Made by a program: the position numbers and the translations under genes | Notes under the pieces: model-generated | The model's database searches: none | The model's input: only the letters and a program-made list of their open reading frames with translations | Told to the model about the DNA's origin: nothing | Origin: Anolis carolinensis | Lineage: Eukaryota | Reading direction: 5' to 3' | DNA: 64,000 bases | Assembly (NCBI RefSeq): GCF_035594765.1 | Contig: NC_085841.1 | Location: forward strand, 47,351,636 to 47,415,635 | Part shown: in pieces, positions 22,391 to 34,595 of the stretch | Layout: the number at the start of each line of letters is the position of its first letter | Position numbering within the stretch: position 1 is the first letter of the stretch

Positions 22391-23569
22391 CACATTAGGC
22401 AATATAAACAACCTAACTGTAAATTAATAAACAAAATGATGACCAACAGCATAAGACTAAAAACGAAAAAGAAATAAAAGTATTATAAAATACAAAACAA
22501 AATCCTGGTAAAACACACACACACATATAACTGAGTACATCAAAACTCCATCAGGTGAGGTTCAGGAGTCCAATGGTCAGGAATAATAGAAAGGACCTAA
22601 TCAACTATAAAAGGACTGAGGTGTAGTGCAAGCAGTGTATCATAGGGCCAGGGCAGTGAGTGAAGTGCAGGGCAGAATACGATCTGGCAATTAGGGACTG
22701 GGCTTGAGGTGTTATATGGTCATTGTAGATCCATATGGAAGAGTTTGAACCGCATGCTATGGTAATTGTAAATCCATATAGTTTGAACACCATCGTTTTA
22801 TTTGTTACCTGTGCTCACAGCTTAAGGTATTACATGGTCCCTGTAGACCTGTATAATTTGAACTGCATGATATGATCATTGTAGAGACCCAGCTAGTGGA
22901 GTTTGAACTGCATTGAACAGCATGGTATGGGTCCACACTGACTGTGTTATGCAGTTCAAATGGCATTATAGGGCAACATAGACCTATCCACACATACCTT
23001 GTGAGCAGGTTCCCCAGAAGTTGTGCCAGATGGAATGTTTACCTTCTGAGAAGCATGAAGCAAAGCCATAGACACATTTTTATTGACAATTTTGCTTTGG
23101 GGTGTCAGTCAGCATTTCAAACCCATTGTTTATTGTATTTAAAAAACCAAGAAGAACCCAACTTTGCCAGGACTGGATGTGCTATCCACTCCCACCCCCC
23201 GCCCCCAAATAATACCATCTTTGTGCATTGCTCTTAAATTCATTCTGAAAACATGGCTCTTCCGCCCAGGAAAAAAATGCCCTGAGCAAGGAGCACTTTT
23301 AACACACATTGTTTTGCACGGTTGCCAAATGGTGCTTGTCTGTTTATAGCATCTGTAGTGCTTCCGGGGCTCAGGGATGCTGCCTCAAAATACTGTAAGG
23401 CTCTGTTTAGTGGCTCTTTATTTAGATTGCAACTGCCATCAAAGCTGGGAAATGAAAAAGAATAAAGCCAATGGATGGGAATTAGGTTTTGCTGGAGGTT
23501 TATTTTAGGTAGAACTTTTTCCCGCGGGGAGGGGGGGGAAGGGGGTGGTATTGAAAGATGCTAACGGTT

Positions 23570-23790
23570 ATTGTTGTGTGTGTATGTTGTTCTATGTGTC
23601 AAGCTATGGCAACCCAATGGATTTCATAGGGTCTTCCTAGGAAAGGAATATTCAGAGGTAGCTTTGGCAGTTTCTTCCTCTGAAATATGGCTTACAGCAC
23701 CTGATATTCATTGGTGGTCTCCCATCTAGGCATGAAGCAGAGTTAGCCTCGCTTAGTTTCCAAGATCTGACAGGATCCAGTGTCTTTAGC
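23570..23790 (-). mobile_element. 5S rRNA-derived SINE
   Basis: Reverse strand reads gatcctgtcagatcttggaaactaagcgagg...gatgggagacc (5S head) with a CA/CAA tail. Homologous to 26335-26543. Confidence 0.7.
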
Positions 23791-26001
23791 GTATTTTTTG
23801 TTGTGCCTCACTGCAGATAGTATAAGCAACAAACACTGAGCCACCAGCCTTTTAGCGTTGCCTTCCTCTTGGTGTTCTGGGTGAGTCCCCAGCTCATCTG
23901 TTCTCATAAACAACCCTTTGCCACCTTACGAATGAGGAACTTGAAACGAGATCTCAAAGTGATTACATGTGAAGCAGTTTACAGCATTTTTAGAAATGAT
24001 TGTACATTCCAGCAGAGCTGTTTAGTTCACTTTGGTTTCCCTAAAATGGAAGCCTTTGTAGATCATGTTAGTTTGAATTTTTTAAAAAGAAATAGATTCT
24101 TCTCCTCTCGGTAGGCCAGAATTTAAAAAGTTGCATTGACTTTCATTTTTTCTGTTATTTTTTAATTTTAAAAAATGTACAACCCAACAGCTTTGAATGG
24201 ATGCCCTTTCGTTTTTGTGCACATACATTCCCCCCTTTCATTCCTGTCAAGGAGGGGGGGAGGAGAAAGGATAAGGGATTTAAAGTCTGAAGGGAAATTA
24301 AAAGGCATACCCAAGAGCAGTGAGATGGGATGTGTAATGTCTTTGTGCCATGAGAAACATTGTGTGCGCAGGTTTTTACATCCCCATGGGTATTTTATAT
24401 GCTCCTAGGCACACTTTTTACTTTTAATTAGCCTGACTGCTGCAGTCCAAGCAGAACTAGTGGAGAGTTTGTTTTCAAAGGCCTCTTCAGGCCCTCATAA
24501 GATAGTCAATTTCCTTAACCTCTTGGCTTCTTTTAATCCTTAGACCTTGGAGTTTTCGCCTTTCTCCCTCTTTTTCCTGTTCATTGATTCTTTCCTCCTT
24601 ACTTACTTTTTAACCTCCAGATGTTTATAATAGCGTCCCAATAGTTTTTCAGAAGGAAAAAATAGGAAAGGCCATGTAGAGAAAGAACACATAAAAACAA
24701 TATGTTTTTTAAAAGTATGCACAGTACAAAATTCCCAGTTTTAGCTGGAAAGGGTTTTCTGTTCATTTCTGCAGCTGTACAAACATCTGCTTTTTCTACT
24801 CATTTTTGTCAACCATCTACAGAGGGAATAACAGGTGTTAATATGGAACCATTTTTCTGTGTCTGGTTCCAACTACCAGTTATCTGTTCTCTACAAACTT
24901 TCCATTTGCTGCATTTGTCTATCCTTTCCATTCCCAAAAGGACACCAGTCAGAGCAGTTTGTTTTAGAAGGTGGAACAAGAGTTCTTAATGGCTTCTGCC
25001 ACATTGTTGCAAAGCATTTACAATAGCAAGACAATTGAAATCCAGATTAGAGAGTCCTCTCCACTCCCAGCCTTGATTCTTTCTTTCCTTTTACCCCAAA
25101 TGTTCGTCTTGAGCTGTAGCCCCAAGCTATAGATAGTAGAAGTATTTCATGTTTTGAATCTTTGTCTCTTGCTGCGCTTAACGTGGAAATGTTGGGAATT
25201 CACATGTTGTGTCTCATCCCACTCCTTTCCCCCCTCTTTTCTTTTAAATATTAGAGTAGCAAGGACAGGAGACAGCGGGAGAAAGGCAGCAGGAAGGATA
25301 TATTATACACACACACAGGCATGGGGGTTATAAATACATTTACCAATCTAAATCTAGTGAGATTAAATCAGATTAAGCTAGATGACATACCTTTTAAAAT
25401 AATAACCCATATGGACTTACATAAAAGGGCTTTGCCTTGGTTTCCAGAGATGGACAGAATAAATAAAACACATGTTAAAAGGAAACATTTGGACTGGGCT
25501 CACATTAATTGGGAGTCAATGTGCTTCTCTCATGCCTGCTACTTGAAAAGGCTTGTTAGACAAATTGGTGTTTGATACGAGTCCATCCATTCTGCCCTGT
25601 TTACTGAAAAGCCATGCTTAAGCTGGCTGCTGTGAATCCTCCCCTCCCTGTACACACCCAGCTGTCAAAAGAAGCAATGTAGCTGTTAAAAAGTGAAGTC
25701 TTGCTGGACTCTTAGTGAGCCCCTTGCCTACTCCCGCCATATAAAGTGGGTCACATTTCGCCTTAACAGATCTCCTACGCACAAACAAAACTCCCACTCT
25801 TTGTCACCATGGGCAGGTTTACATTTTGTAGAGGCCAATTAATATTGCTCCATGAGAAGCAGTAGACGTGACCATTTTCCAGAAGAAGAAAAATGCTGGC
25901 ATAGAAAAAAATCATTACCAGTCACAGAGCAGGTTGCTCTGAATGAATGACTTGTTCTTTCATAATGGTTCCTATGTGAACAGATATAAATGGCACAAAC
26001 A

Positions 26002-26298
26002 CACTATGTAACACAATTTGAAAAACATTCTGTTCCTAGTTTGAAAGTGTCGTTTCCTGTTTAATTACAACTTTACTTTGAAAGTTGTTGTTACACTTCA
26101 GAAATTTTGTTCTTGTGGCTGCCACAAAGTATGTTGAATTGGTTGAGATTCATTGAAAAACTATAGCAAAATGTGCTGAAGGATGTTCCACGAAAACAAA
26201 GGTTTTTGTAGTTTAGTACACCTCTTCCATGTTTTATAATAAAACGAATTAGGAAAATGACATTTATATCCCAGCAACAAGAACAGTGCTACATAGTG
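26002..26298. mobile_element. Tc1/mariner-type MITE
   Basis: TIR CACTATGTAACA ... TGCTACATAGTG followed by TA. Partial copy at ~8478-8590. Confidence 0.65.
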
Positions 26299-26334
26299 TA
26301 ATCAGGGGCATACCATTAGAGAGGGGGGCTAAAT

Positions 26335-26543
26335 ATTCTAAAGATACCAGATCCCATCTGATCTTGGAAGTTAAGCAAGGTTAGTACTTTGATGGAAGAC
26401 CACAAATGATTGCCAAATGATGTAGACCACGTTTCAGAGGAAGAAAGTAGCAAACCACCCTGAGTATTCCTTGCCTTTAAAATCATATGTAATTCATGGG
26501 ATCACCATAAGAGAACAATTGCTTTGAATGCATATACACACAG
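26335..26543 (+). mobile_element. 5S rRNA-derived SINE
   Basis: gatcccatctgatcttggaagttaagcaagg(del)ttagtactttgatggaagacc matches the 5S A/IE/C box region. (CA)n tail. Confidence 0.7.
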
Positions 26544-26759
26544 AGATCATTATGGAGACTTGGAGCCCTGTTTTTGGATGTCAACAAAGTACAGTAACAT
26601 CATCACCATCAATTTCTGTTAGAGCCGTCTTAAAATTCCTATTCTTAAAAAAGTTTCAATTCTAAAAGCCTGTTAGAATAAAAAAAGCAATTGCCAACTG
26701 ACAGAGGACAAACTAGAGAAAAAGTTTCAAAGTCTAGGGACAGTCAGTGAAAAGGTTCA

Positions 26760-26920
26760 GTCTTGTGCATCCACCAGCCATACTCATGAAGATGAACAGA
26801 ATGAAAGAAGGGCCTCTTTTGTTGATTTCAGGTTGCAGATACCCTGGACCTAAGCCAAATAAGGCTTTACAGGTCATGACCAGCACTTTGATTTGCTCCT
26901 GGAAACAAGCCAGCAGCCAG
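26760..26920 (-). mobile_element. L2 LINE ORF2 fragment
   Basis: IKVLVMTCKALFGLGPGYL resembles the L2 FKVL...YKAL.GLGPGYL motif. Confidence 0.7.
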
Positions 26921-27139
26921 TTTACTTTGGACCATTTGCTATTCCTCCCCAGAAAGCCATATGGGTTGAGCTGGCCCTGTGTGGTGGTTATAGAGAGGAA
27001 AGTTGGCAAGCAGATGAAAATTAGAAATGTTTGGCCTTCCTCGTTTACAAACCAGTCATAAAATCATTTAATATTATTTCTCCACTATAATTTCCATTAA
27101 AAAAGTAGGATGGGGAATTCAAGAATGTCTTCAATGAGT

Positions 27140-27330
27140 AGGATTTGCTAGCGCTGTGTGCTGTAACTTTGTATGTAGAACATTTCAGGTTTAATCCCTG
27201 TTTATATCAAAGTAAGGCTGAGAAAGACTTGTGTCTGGAACCCTCGAGAGCCACTGCTCATCTGTGTCAACAATACTGGGCTAGATTGACCAGTGATCTG
27301 ACTATATAAGTCAGCTTCTTGTGTACTCCT
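27140..27330 (+). mobile_element. tRNA-derived SINE with CR1-like tail (Squam3-like)
   Basis: caggtttaatccctg B-box, gagagccactgc body, tail gattgaccagtgatctgact.tataag.cagcttc. Confidence 0.6.
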
Positions 27331-27634
27331 TGCCTTTTCCCAGGAAAGCAACAGGGAGCTTAGAAACAGAGCTTGGCAGTTTCAAGATAAAGACTGTGTG
27401 GAGGAGGGGGAATCTTGTCTGTGCTGTCTCAGACATTTATTGAATTTTATAACTGGATAATACCAAAATATGGTAGTGTTGCTTGGAAAAATTAAAGAAC
27501 AGATGATTGCCAACCTGAATTCTTGGTGGGGTTTTACTTTTGTACATTAACAGGGTGAGATCAGGAAGAAGGGTGTTATTCCTGCTGTATGCTTTTTGTT
27601 GATGTGAATGTAACTAAAGTTTGTGAGTTTTTGA

Positions 27635-27790
27635 GTGCATCTACACTGTAGAATCCTGCAATTTGACACCACTTTAACTGCCATGGCTCAATGCTATGGA
27701 AGCCTAGGAGTTGGTATTTTCCAAGGTCCATAGCTTTGAGCCATGACAGTTAATACAACATCAAACTGCCAGAATTTTACAGTAGATGCT
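27635..27790. mobile_element. Palindromic Harbinger-like MITE family (gcatctacactgtagaa TIR)
   Basis: gtgcatctacactgtagaa ... tacagtagatgc. Further copies at ~36972-37170, 39950-40135, 44037-44222 and 58088-58292, with fragments at 9195-9260, 9840-9950 and 32800-32860. Confidence 0.7.
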
Positions 27791-28934
27791 TCTCAGCCCA
27801 GAAACTGTTTACTAGTTCAGGTCCCTGATTGTTGTTTTATGGCTGTTTTATATTGTGTCATGTTGCTTTATGATGCTGTTTGTGAATTTTAATGTGTTAC
27901 ATTTTAACTATGTTGTTCGGGTTTCTCCCCATGTAAGCCGCCCCGAGTCCCTTTGGGGAGATGGAGGCAGGATATAAAAATAAAGTGGTGGTTGTTGTTG
28001 TTCTCTAGAAAGTGTTTATTTAAAAGCTTTATAGATATTGGCTAATGTATGCATTATGACCACCTTCTCCATGGATTCGATATCAATGGTTTTGCTTACT
28101 TGTGCTCCAAAAATATCTCCCCTGGAAATATCTGTGGGCCTCTCTAGGTCATCCAGTGCAATTCTGTGGTATGTTTCCTGCTCAAGGACAGTTAAAATAT
28201 AGCCTTCATTACTATTCACAGTTTCAGATGTATGTGTGTTGGGGGGAATTCTTGGAACATATCCCTAGGGTTACTAGGGTCATGTTGTGTGTTGTTTTTA
28301 AATAAAATGTTAAGTAAAAGACTGCCCCACTTCTGAATGAAAAAAGGAAATATTGAGAGAAGGGAATGTTGTATTTTCTTTCAGTAATAGTTAGCTGCAG
28401 CCATATTTTTTCTCTCAATTATTTCAAAGTATGTATGTGCATGGAGAAAGAAACAGGGATTTTCTTTTCTTTCCTATTACTGATTTTAAAGCCCACCTTA
28501 TGGAGTCCTAAATCTTTTGAGAGCAGGCTTTTTGAAGCTTTGTCTTGAGCTGTGGATTCTGGGCTGCTGCTTTGTTTACTTGAGAAACAGGATTTAACAA
28601 GCCTTGATAGGAGTGTTTTATTGCTAACATGGAGCACCTGACAGCCCAACTTTCTCTGCTCATGCTGGGGAAAAGGCTGTGAGCTGGCAGCCTTCCCTCC
28701 CGCCCCCACCTCATCATTGTCTGCCGCTTGCAGAAAACAAATCAACACCTTCAAGGAATATCCCATTGTGGAAGATGGAAGGTGAAGTGAGGAGCCTCAG
28801 AAGAGCTTGTAGGCTGAATATCTGGGAAAATATTCACCCTGTGCAGTCAGATGGAAATTTTGCAGGGGAAATCTCCATCACTGCAAAAATAGTGCAAGGA
28901 GCAATTGTTCTGTCACTACCAAAAAAAGAGAAGT

Positions 28935-29175
28935 ACGGTTGACTTTCCATATTTATGGACTCGTAATCCGTGGATTCAACCAACCATAGTTTGAAAATAT
29001 CTAACTGCAACAGCAAAAATAACATTTCAAAAAAAAAGTTTTGCCATTTATATGAAAGACACTATTTGCCATTTTATTATTCCACTATATATAATAGGAC
29101 TTGAATATCCATAGATTTTTGCTATCCATGGGGAGTCTTGGAACCAAATCTTAGCAGATACAAATGGCCCAATGT
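28935..29175. mobile_element. Tigger/pogo-like MITE, degraded
   Basis: TA-flanked cggttgactttccatat...tccgtggattcaacc ... gatacaaatggcccaatg. Related element at ~37358-37638. Confidence 0.55.
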
Positions 29176-30859
29176 AAAGAAATTTTAAAAATCAGTTGAA
29201 TGGTTTCTCAATTTCTAAGAACATGAGAGTAACTCTATATTTCTGAAGCTGACAATAGTACTGTGGAACTGACAGTATCTTCTGTTTCTTACTTTACAGT
29301 TGTAATTGTGCAACTCCATTGTAGCAATCATTGTTCCATCTGGAATTTGTAGTTTTGGGAAGGGTATTTTAAAAAGAATTTTTAGTCAGAGAGCTCTAGT
29401 GATGCACCAAATTACCAACTGTAGGATTCCATCAGATGTCATAGCACTGTACAGTACACCCTAGTTAACTGTAGTTAACCATAATGTTACTTCTACCTGA
29501 GGGAAAATTAATGTGGAAATCACAAGGATAGATCCTATACCATTTCAACACATTTCAGCAAACTTTTCCACCAGAACTCATGCAGAATAACCAGATAGGC
29601 TAAGTATACAAAAACACCTTTCTAGAGATCACTTTAGGGCTTTTTTTTTTCAAAACGCATCCATGGTTGGCTTTTTCTTTTATCAGCCTTCACTTTTCTT
29701 ATGATTTGCATTTTGATGACCAAACTTATTGATCTATGCATTTTTAACATGCTGAGGGTAGCAGAGGAGGCAGGCCTGCCTTGTCTCCTCTTTTCTCTCT
29801 GTTTTACAAAGCTACTGGCTAAAGGACAATTTTTCCCAGCTTAAGATTTATTGAGTTGTGTATTTTAGCTGCTGCAACCTGACATCTGTATGTTTGTGTT
29901 TTTTTCATGTCCCTTTTACCATTCTCCCAATGCTCATGCTGCTAAAAAGTTTTCAATAGAATGAATCATAAAGTTGGAGGAGACCATAGGGCCATCTAGT
30001 CCAACCTGCTGTTGGACTAGTTGAGGAAGAAAGAGGCTTTTGTTGGAAAACATAGCTTGGTAAAAAGAAAAGTTCATGGCCAGAGGATTTATTAACTGAA
30101 GTATGCCTGTGATTGTGTAGTATGACAGGGTCCTTGATGTCATATTAACTCAGATGATGATGGGAAGAGATGTTAGGTTTGTTTTTATGCCTTCAGGTTT
30201 GAAACCCTCTTCTTTCTGAACATTGTCTCCACAACCATATGTGTTTGTCTTTTTAATGGCTTCACTCTCCTATATTTTTAACAGCACCTTGAACTCTATT
30301 CAGGACATTTCCTCATGTCTAAGCTGTATGTGGAAAGAGGGCTGTGGGATGAACTTGCTGGGTGTTTTTCTTCTTCCTCAGTTTTCATGTCACTTTCAGC
30401 ACATGGAAACTTTCTCTGATGTTCCATAAAAAATAAATCAGGATTCTGGCATGCATTTATAGAGGTGTTGTCTGAAAACAGAGACCCTCCATATGGGAAG
30501 ACTGACTTGCAAGGTTGAGGAAATCAAGCGTGCGTCCTCACATGCAGAACTCATGTGCAAGGACAATACCTGAATAGATGTGCAGGCATTAGTAGGTGAA
30601 AAAAACGCATAACTGCATGCTGTGAAAACTTCTTATTTCCATGTAAGAAGCTGATGACAAAGGGAAAAAGTAGAGGAAGCCAGGATTTTTCATGGAAGTT
30701 AACAGATCTACTCTTAACTGGAAAGAACGCTTGTATCTTAAAAGCACAGTATAATTTATTAAACTATGGGAGAAAGACAGAAAATGCTTGTTGTTCCCAC
30801 ATCTGTGAATATCTAGTGAATTGATCTAGTAGCCAATTTCACTTTTTCCATCATCAATA

Positions 30860-31050
30860 TGTTGTTGTTGTTGTTGATGTTGTGTTGTTGTTTTTTGCCT
30901 TCACATTGTTTCTAACTTTTGGTGATCCTTACATAAACCTATTATAGTGTTCTCTTAGCAAGATTTGTTCGGAGGGGGGTTGCCTTTGTCTTCCTTTGAA
31001 TCTGAAAGAGTATGACTTGCCCAGTGAATTTTCATGGCAGAGTGGCTCTT
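30860..31050 (-). mobile_element. SINE family with (CAA)n RTE-like tail and MIR/CORE-like tgacttgccca motif (Squam2-like)
   Basis: Four homologous copies at 30860-31050, 36248-36455, 50615-50825 and 51905-52095. Confidence 0.6.
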
Positions 31051-33674
31051 CTGGTACTACCAGAAAAATACATTACCAGGTACAGAGCTGAATTAAAATG
31101 TCTGCTCTGCACCTTATGCACCATTTTGTTAAGGGACGGGGAATATGTGCCCTTTCTGTTGTTTTTGTACATCAGTCATCGTGATCCTGTACCATAACCT
31201 TTGTTCACTAGTGCCAATGGGAGTTCAAGTCCAACACCATTTAGAGCCTGTGCCTCTAAAGCTTCTTTTATTTAGGTTGCTTCCATCTTCATCTTAGTTG
31301 AAATACTGTGTACATTTTATTTTTTTAATTTCGAGAAGCCTTATGGCTAGGTTTTGGAATCTACTCTGTAGTCAAATAAACATAATGTTCCTTATGGTAA
31401 TAGATAACTTTTATTTTTCCTGTGCTCAGTCAGCCTTCCTTGTCTGTTTAATATTTGCCATGCATCTTCACTGGATGCCATCCTTATCATACAGCAGAAA
31501 AAGCTCTATGTGAGCATCAGCACAGCATAAATGTATAATTTTCCCCAAGATCTTTTCTCACTCCTATCAGATTTTCATTTTCTGTGAGCCAAACATGCCT
31601 AGCATCAAAACATGGATTTTAGCCTTTGTAGTACTTCTGTGAATTACTAGTGCAGCCTGTTTGTTCTTGTCTGGCCTTATTGTCCCTGACCTTAGCAAAG
31701 CCTGAAACCCGTGCTAGGTCAGTAAAAATATATTCCAAACAACCCACAGCACTATCTTAATATGCACTACTTGGAAACTGACATTATCCACCTGACAGGT
31801 TGTTTGCAACTTACTGGTAGAAGTCAAAATATTTCACTTGAGGTGTCATCAGGAACCACTATCTTATGCTAATTTCTGTGGGAACATGAAGACAGATGTT
31901 GAATAATTTGACATGAGAAACGTAGCTTGGAAAATTATCACCATGTCAGGGTTTTTGTCAGATTTTTGAGGAAATACATATTTCAGACAACTTAAAAAGA
32001 CAGAGTTGAGTGAGGGTGTATTGACTGTGAGAGTGAATGAGTGAAAGAGAAACTGGGAGGGAGAGAGAGGACACAATAGTAGTAGCAAGGGTTGGCGGGG
32101 GAGGCATCCGGATTTAACAATTTGAACAATTCTCCTTTGAACTAGTCTTATATATAACTTTCCCATCTGGAATTAAGATTTATTTAGGCAACAGTAGATT
32201 GCCGGGGTTCCTTCAGAATTGTTATCCTGAGCCAACAAATCTAGCTGGCATTGTAGGATGTCCCTCGGCATCTTACCCGTGACCTCCTGCTTACTGTTTC
32301 AATTCATTCTTAGGTCATTGTGTTCCTTCATTGAGTCTGTTCTACCTGTGTGGTTAACATCAGTGTTCATGCTTGTGTTTATATGATAGTTTATCCTGAG
32401 GTAAAAACAGAGGCAAGCGGACATAATTATGCAGAAACTGTTGATTTCTCTTTCAGCCTTTAATGCCTTGCTCTCCTATATAAACAAGTAGGCTGAAGTG
32501 TATTCAAGAGTGGTTTTTGAAAAATGAACTATTTGTGCAAAGTAACCCCTAGGAAGCATTATTCTATATAGCAGATGTGGCTGAGATTCAATAGCTTAGC
32601 GATGATCACCTTGTAGAACAGCTTTCACTCCCTAGCCTTATACTCTTCAGTGTGTTCAATTACAACTTTGACCACCCCTAGCTGGCATCCACAGAATGTG
32701 CCAGAATCATATGTGCCATTTTCTAAATCAGAATTCACATATAAGTCCTGATGAAGTCTATAAAAGTAAAGCCTAAAAACCATATAAAACTTCAACTTCC
32801 ATTATTCCATAGCGATCAGCTATGGAAGTTAAAGTGCATTAATACTACAGTGCAGATGCATTCATGGTTGATTCACTAATTACTTCACTGTGAAAAAAGT
32901 GTCTATGGTTCATTCACTAAAGAATTTATTGTGAACAAAGCTGGCTTTTCCCAGTGACCTTATCTTTGCTTGCAGATAAAACTATCAGTAGTTTTGTATG
33001 TCGGAATTAACAAAGATTCATTTTGATAGTAATGAGTGTAGTCTCCCACCCCTCACTCATCTGCTCTCCTCTCACCCCCTAATAAGGAAAAGTTCAGAAA
33101 TATTTTCTTCTGGTTCTGATTAACTGCAGTTTGTCTGAACAAGGAAAAACTGTGGTCTATACAACTAAGACATAAATCACAATACAGATTAATCACAGTT
33201 TAGGGTTCAGAGTAATATCAAACCATGGCTAATCCACTGATCATCTCATGGTGACATAAGACGAGGAAATAGGGATACAGAGAAGGAGAGGGATGTCAAG
33301 CCTATATCTCCCTCTACAGATTTGTCATGATTTCTGAATGCCTTTACCAGTGTCATGCTTCTTGGCACTGTTTTGTGTTTATTATTTACTTTATTTTATT
33401 ATTTGTTTCATGTTGCCCTTCTCTCTTTATAGGGACTGTTTTATGGCAGTTCTGAAGCCCTGCCTTGAATTTGAAATGTGTTCAAAAGGGCTCCACTGAC
33501 ATGAGAATGCCTGCTGCCTTTGCTTCAGCCTCTAAAATCCTTCTGAGAAAGTTCAAACTGAAGATACCTGAGCAAAGTTACCAAACATGGGCGAAGAGGA
33601 CAAGTCCTCTTAGGTATTAGAAACAGTTTAAAGTACATGAAGAGGAAAGTAATAAATAATTCATTCTTATAGAG

Positions 33675-33807
33675 CAGTAGTCCTCAAGCTCTGGGTCCCC
33701 AGGTGTTTTGGCCTACAATTCCCAGAAATCCCAGCCAGTTTACCAGCATTTAGGATTTCTGGAAGTTGAAGCCAAAACATCTGGGGACTCCAGGTTTGGA
33801 ACCACTG
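33675..33807. mobile_element. hAT/Charlie (SPIN-like termini) MITE
   Basis: CAGTAGTCCTCAA ... GAACCACTG. 8-bp TSD TTATAGAG/TTATAAAG. Confidence 0.85.
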
Positions 33808-34094
33808 TTATAAAGACTGTGAGCCACAGGTCTGTATTGGGACTGGCGCTTTCTATATATTTTTTCACAAATACTTGAAAATTAGGGATGAACAGTGACA
33901 TGACCACATTTACTGGTGACAGAATGATTTAGGATGGCAGTAGGAATCTCAGACTAAGAACAAAAGAAGGACCCTGTTTAATTATTGTCTAGAAGAAGGA
34001 ATTCCAGTAAGTTCTACGTGTTAACTTGTTTGCATAACAAGCAACATCAATTGAAATTCCTTCTTCTGCAAAACCATCAATCTGGGAACCCTAG

Positions 34095-34595
34095 GAGGTA
34101 GTGAGAATAGCAATTCAACCTAGGGTAGACGGGGTTGCACCCCCCAACCCCCGAAAACGCAGGTTAATCATTTGGGGCACTTCTGGATTCAGCCCGAAGC
34201 ATAGAGGCCCAGATTCCAGCAATGAGGAGGAGTGTATTTGCATGATTGAAGCTAGTGTGCCAACTGGATGCATTTCTGGAGAAGTCAGATTTGGCCACAG
34301 TAATACATGTCTTGATCACATCCCATTTGAATTATTGTAATGCACTGCATATGGGACTACCTTTGAAAAGTGCTTGGAAATTTCTATTGGCCCCAAAAGC
34401 TTCTCAGTGGTTGCTCTCAGACATTAAATCTTTCTTGCTAGGGAGAGCTCTTGGCTCTCCTTCCACCAGTATGTTAACATTTTTATATTTCCTTTTAATT
34501 GATGTTTTTATATATACTTTAATCTGTGTTGTTTTTAGTGCTCTAAGATGGCTTGAGTCTGGTTGTTGGGAGAAAGGTGGGATATAAATGAATAA
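34095..34595 (+). mobile_element. Internally deleted L2 LINE fragment
   Basis: QP..DGVA.P, LEKSDLATVIHVLITSHLNYCNALHMGLPLKS and a degraded L2 3' end. Confidence 0.75.

Noticed and set aside
21262-22985. CRISPR-like repeat array
   Set aside because: Eukaryotic context, degenerate repeats, no unique regular spacers and no cas genes.
26335-26405. 5S rRNA gene
   Set aside because: Partial, diverged, and fused to a SINE body and tail.
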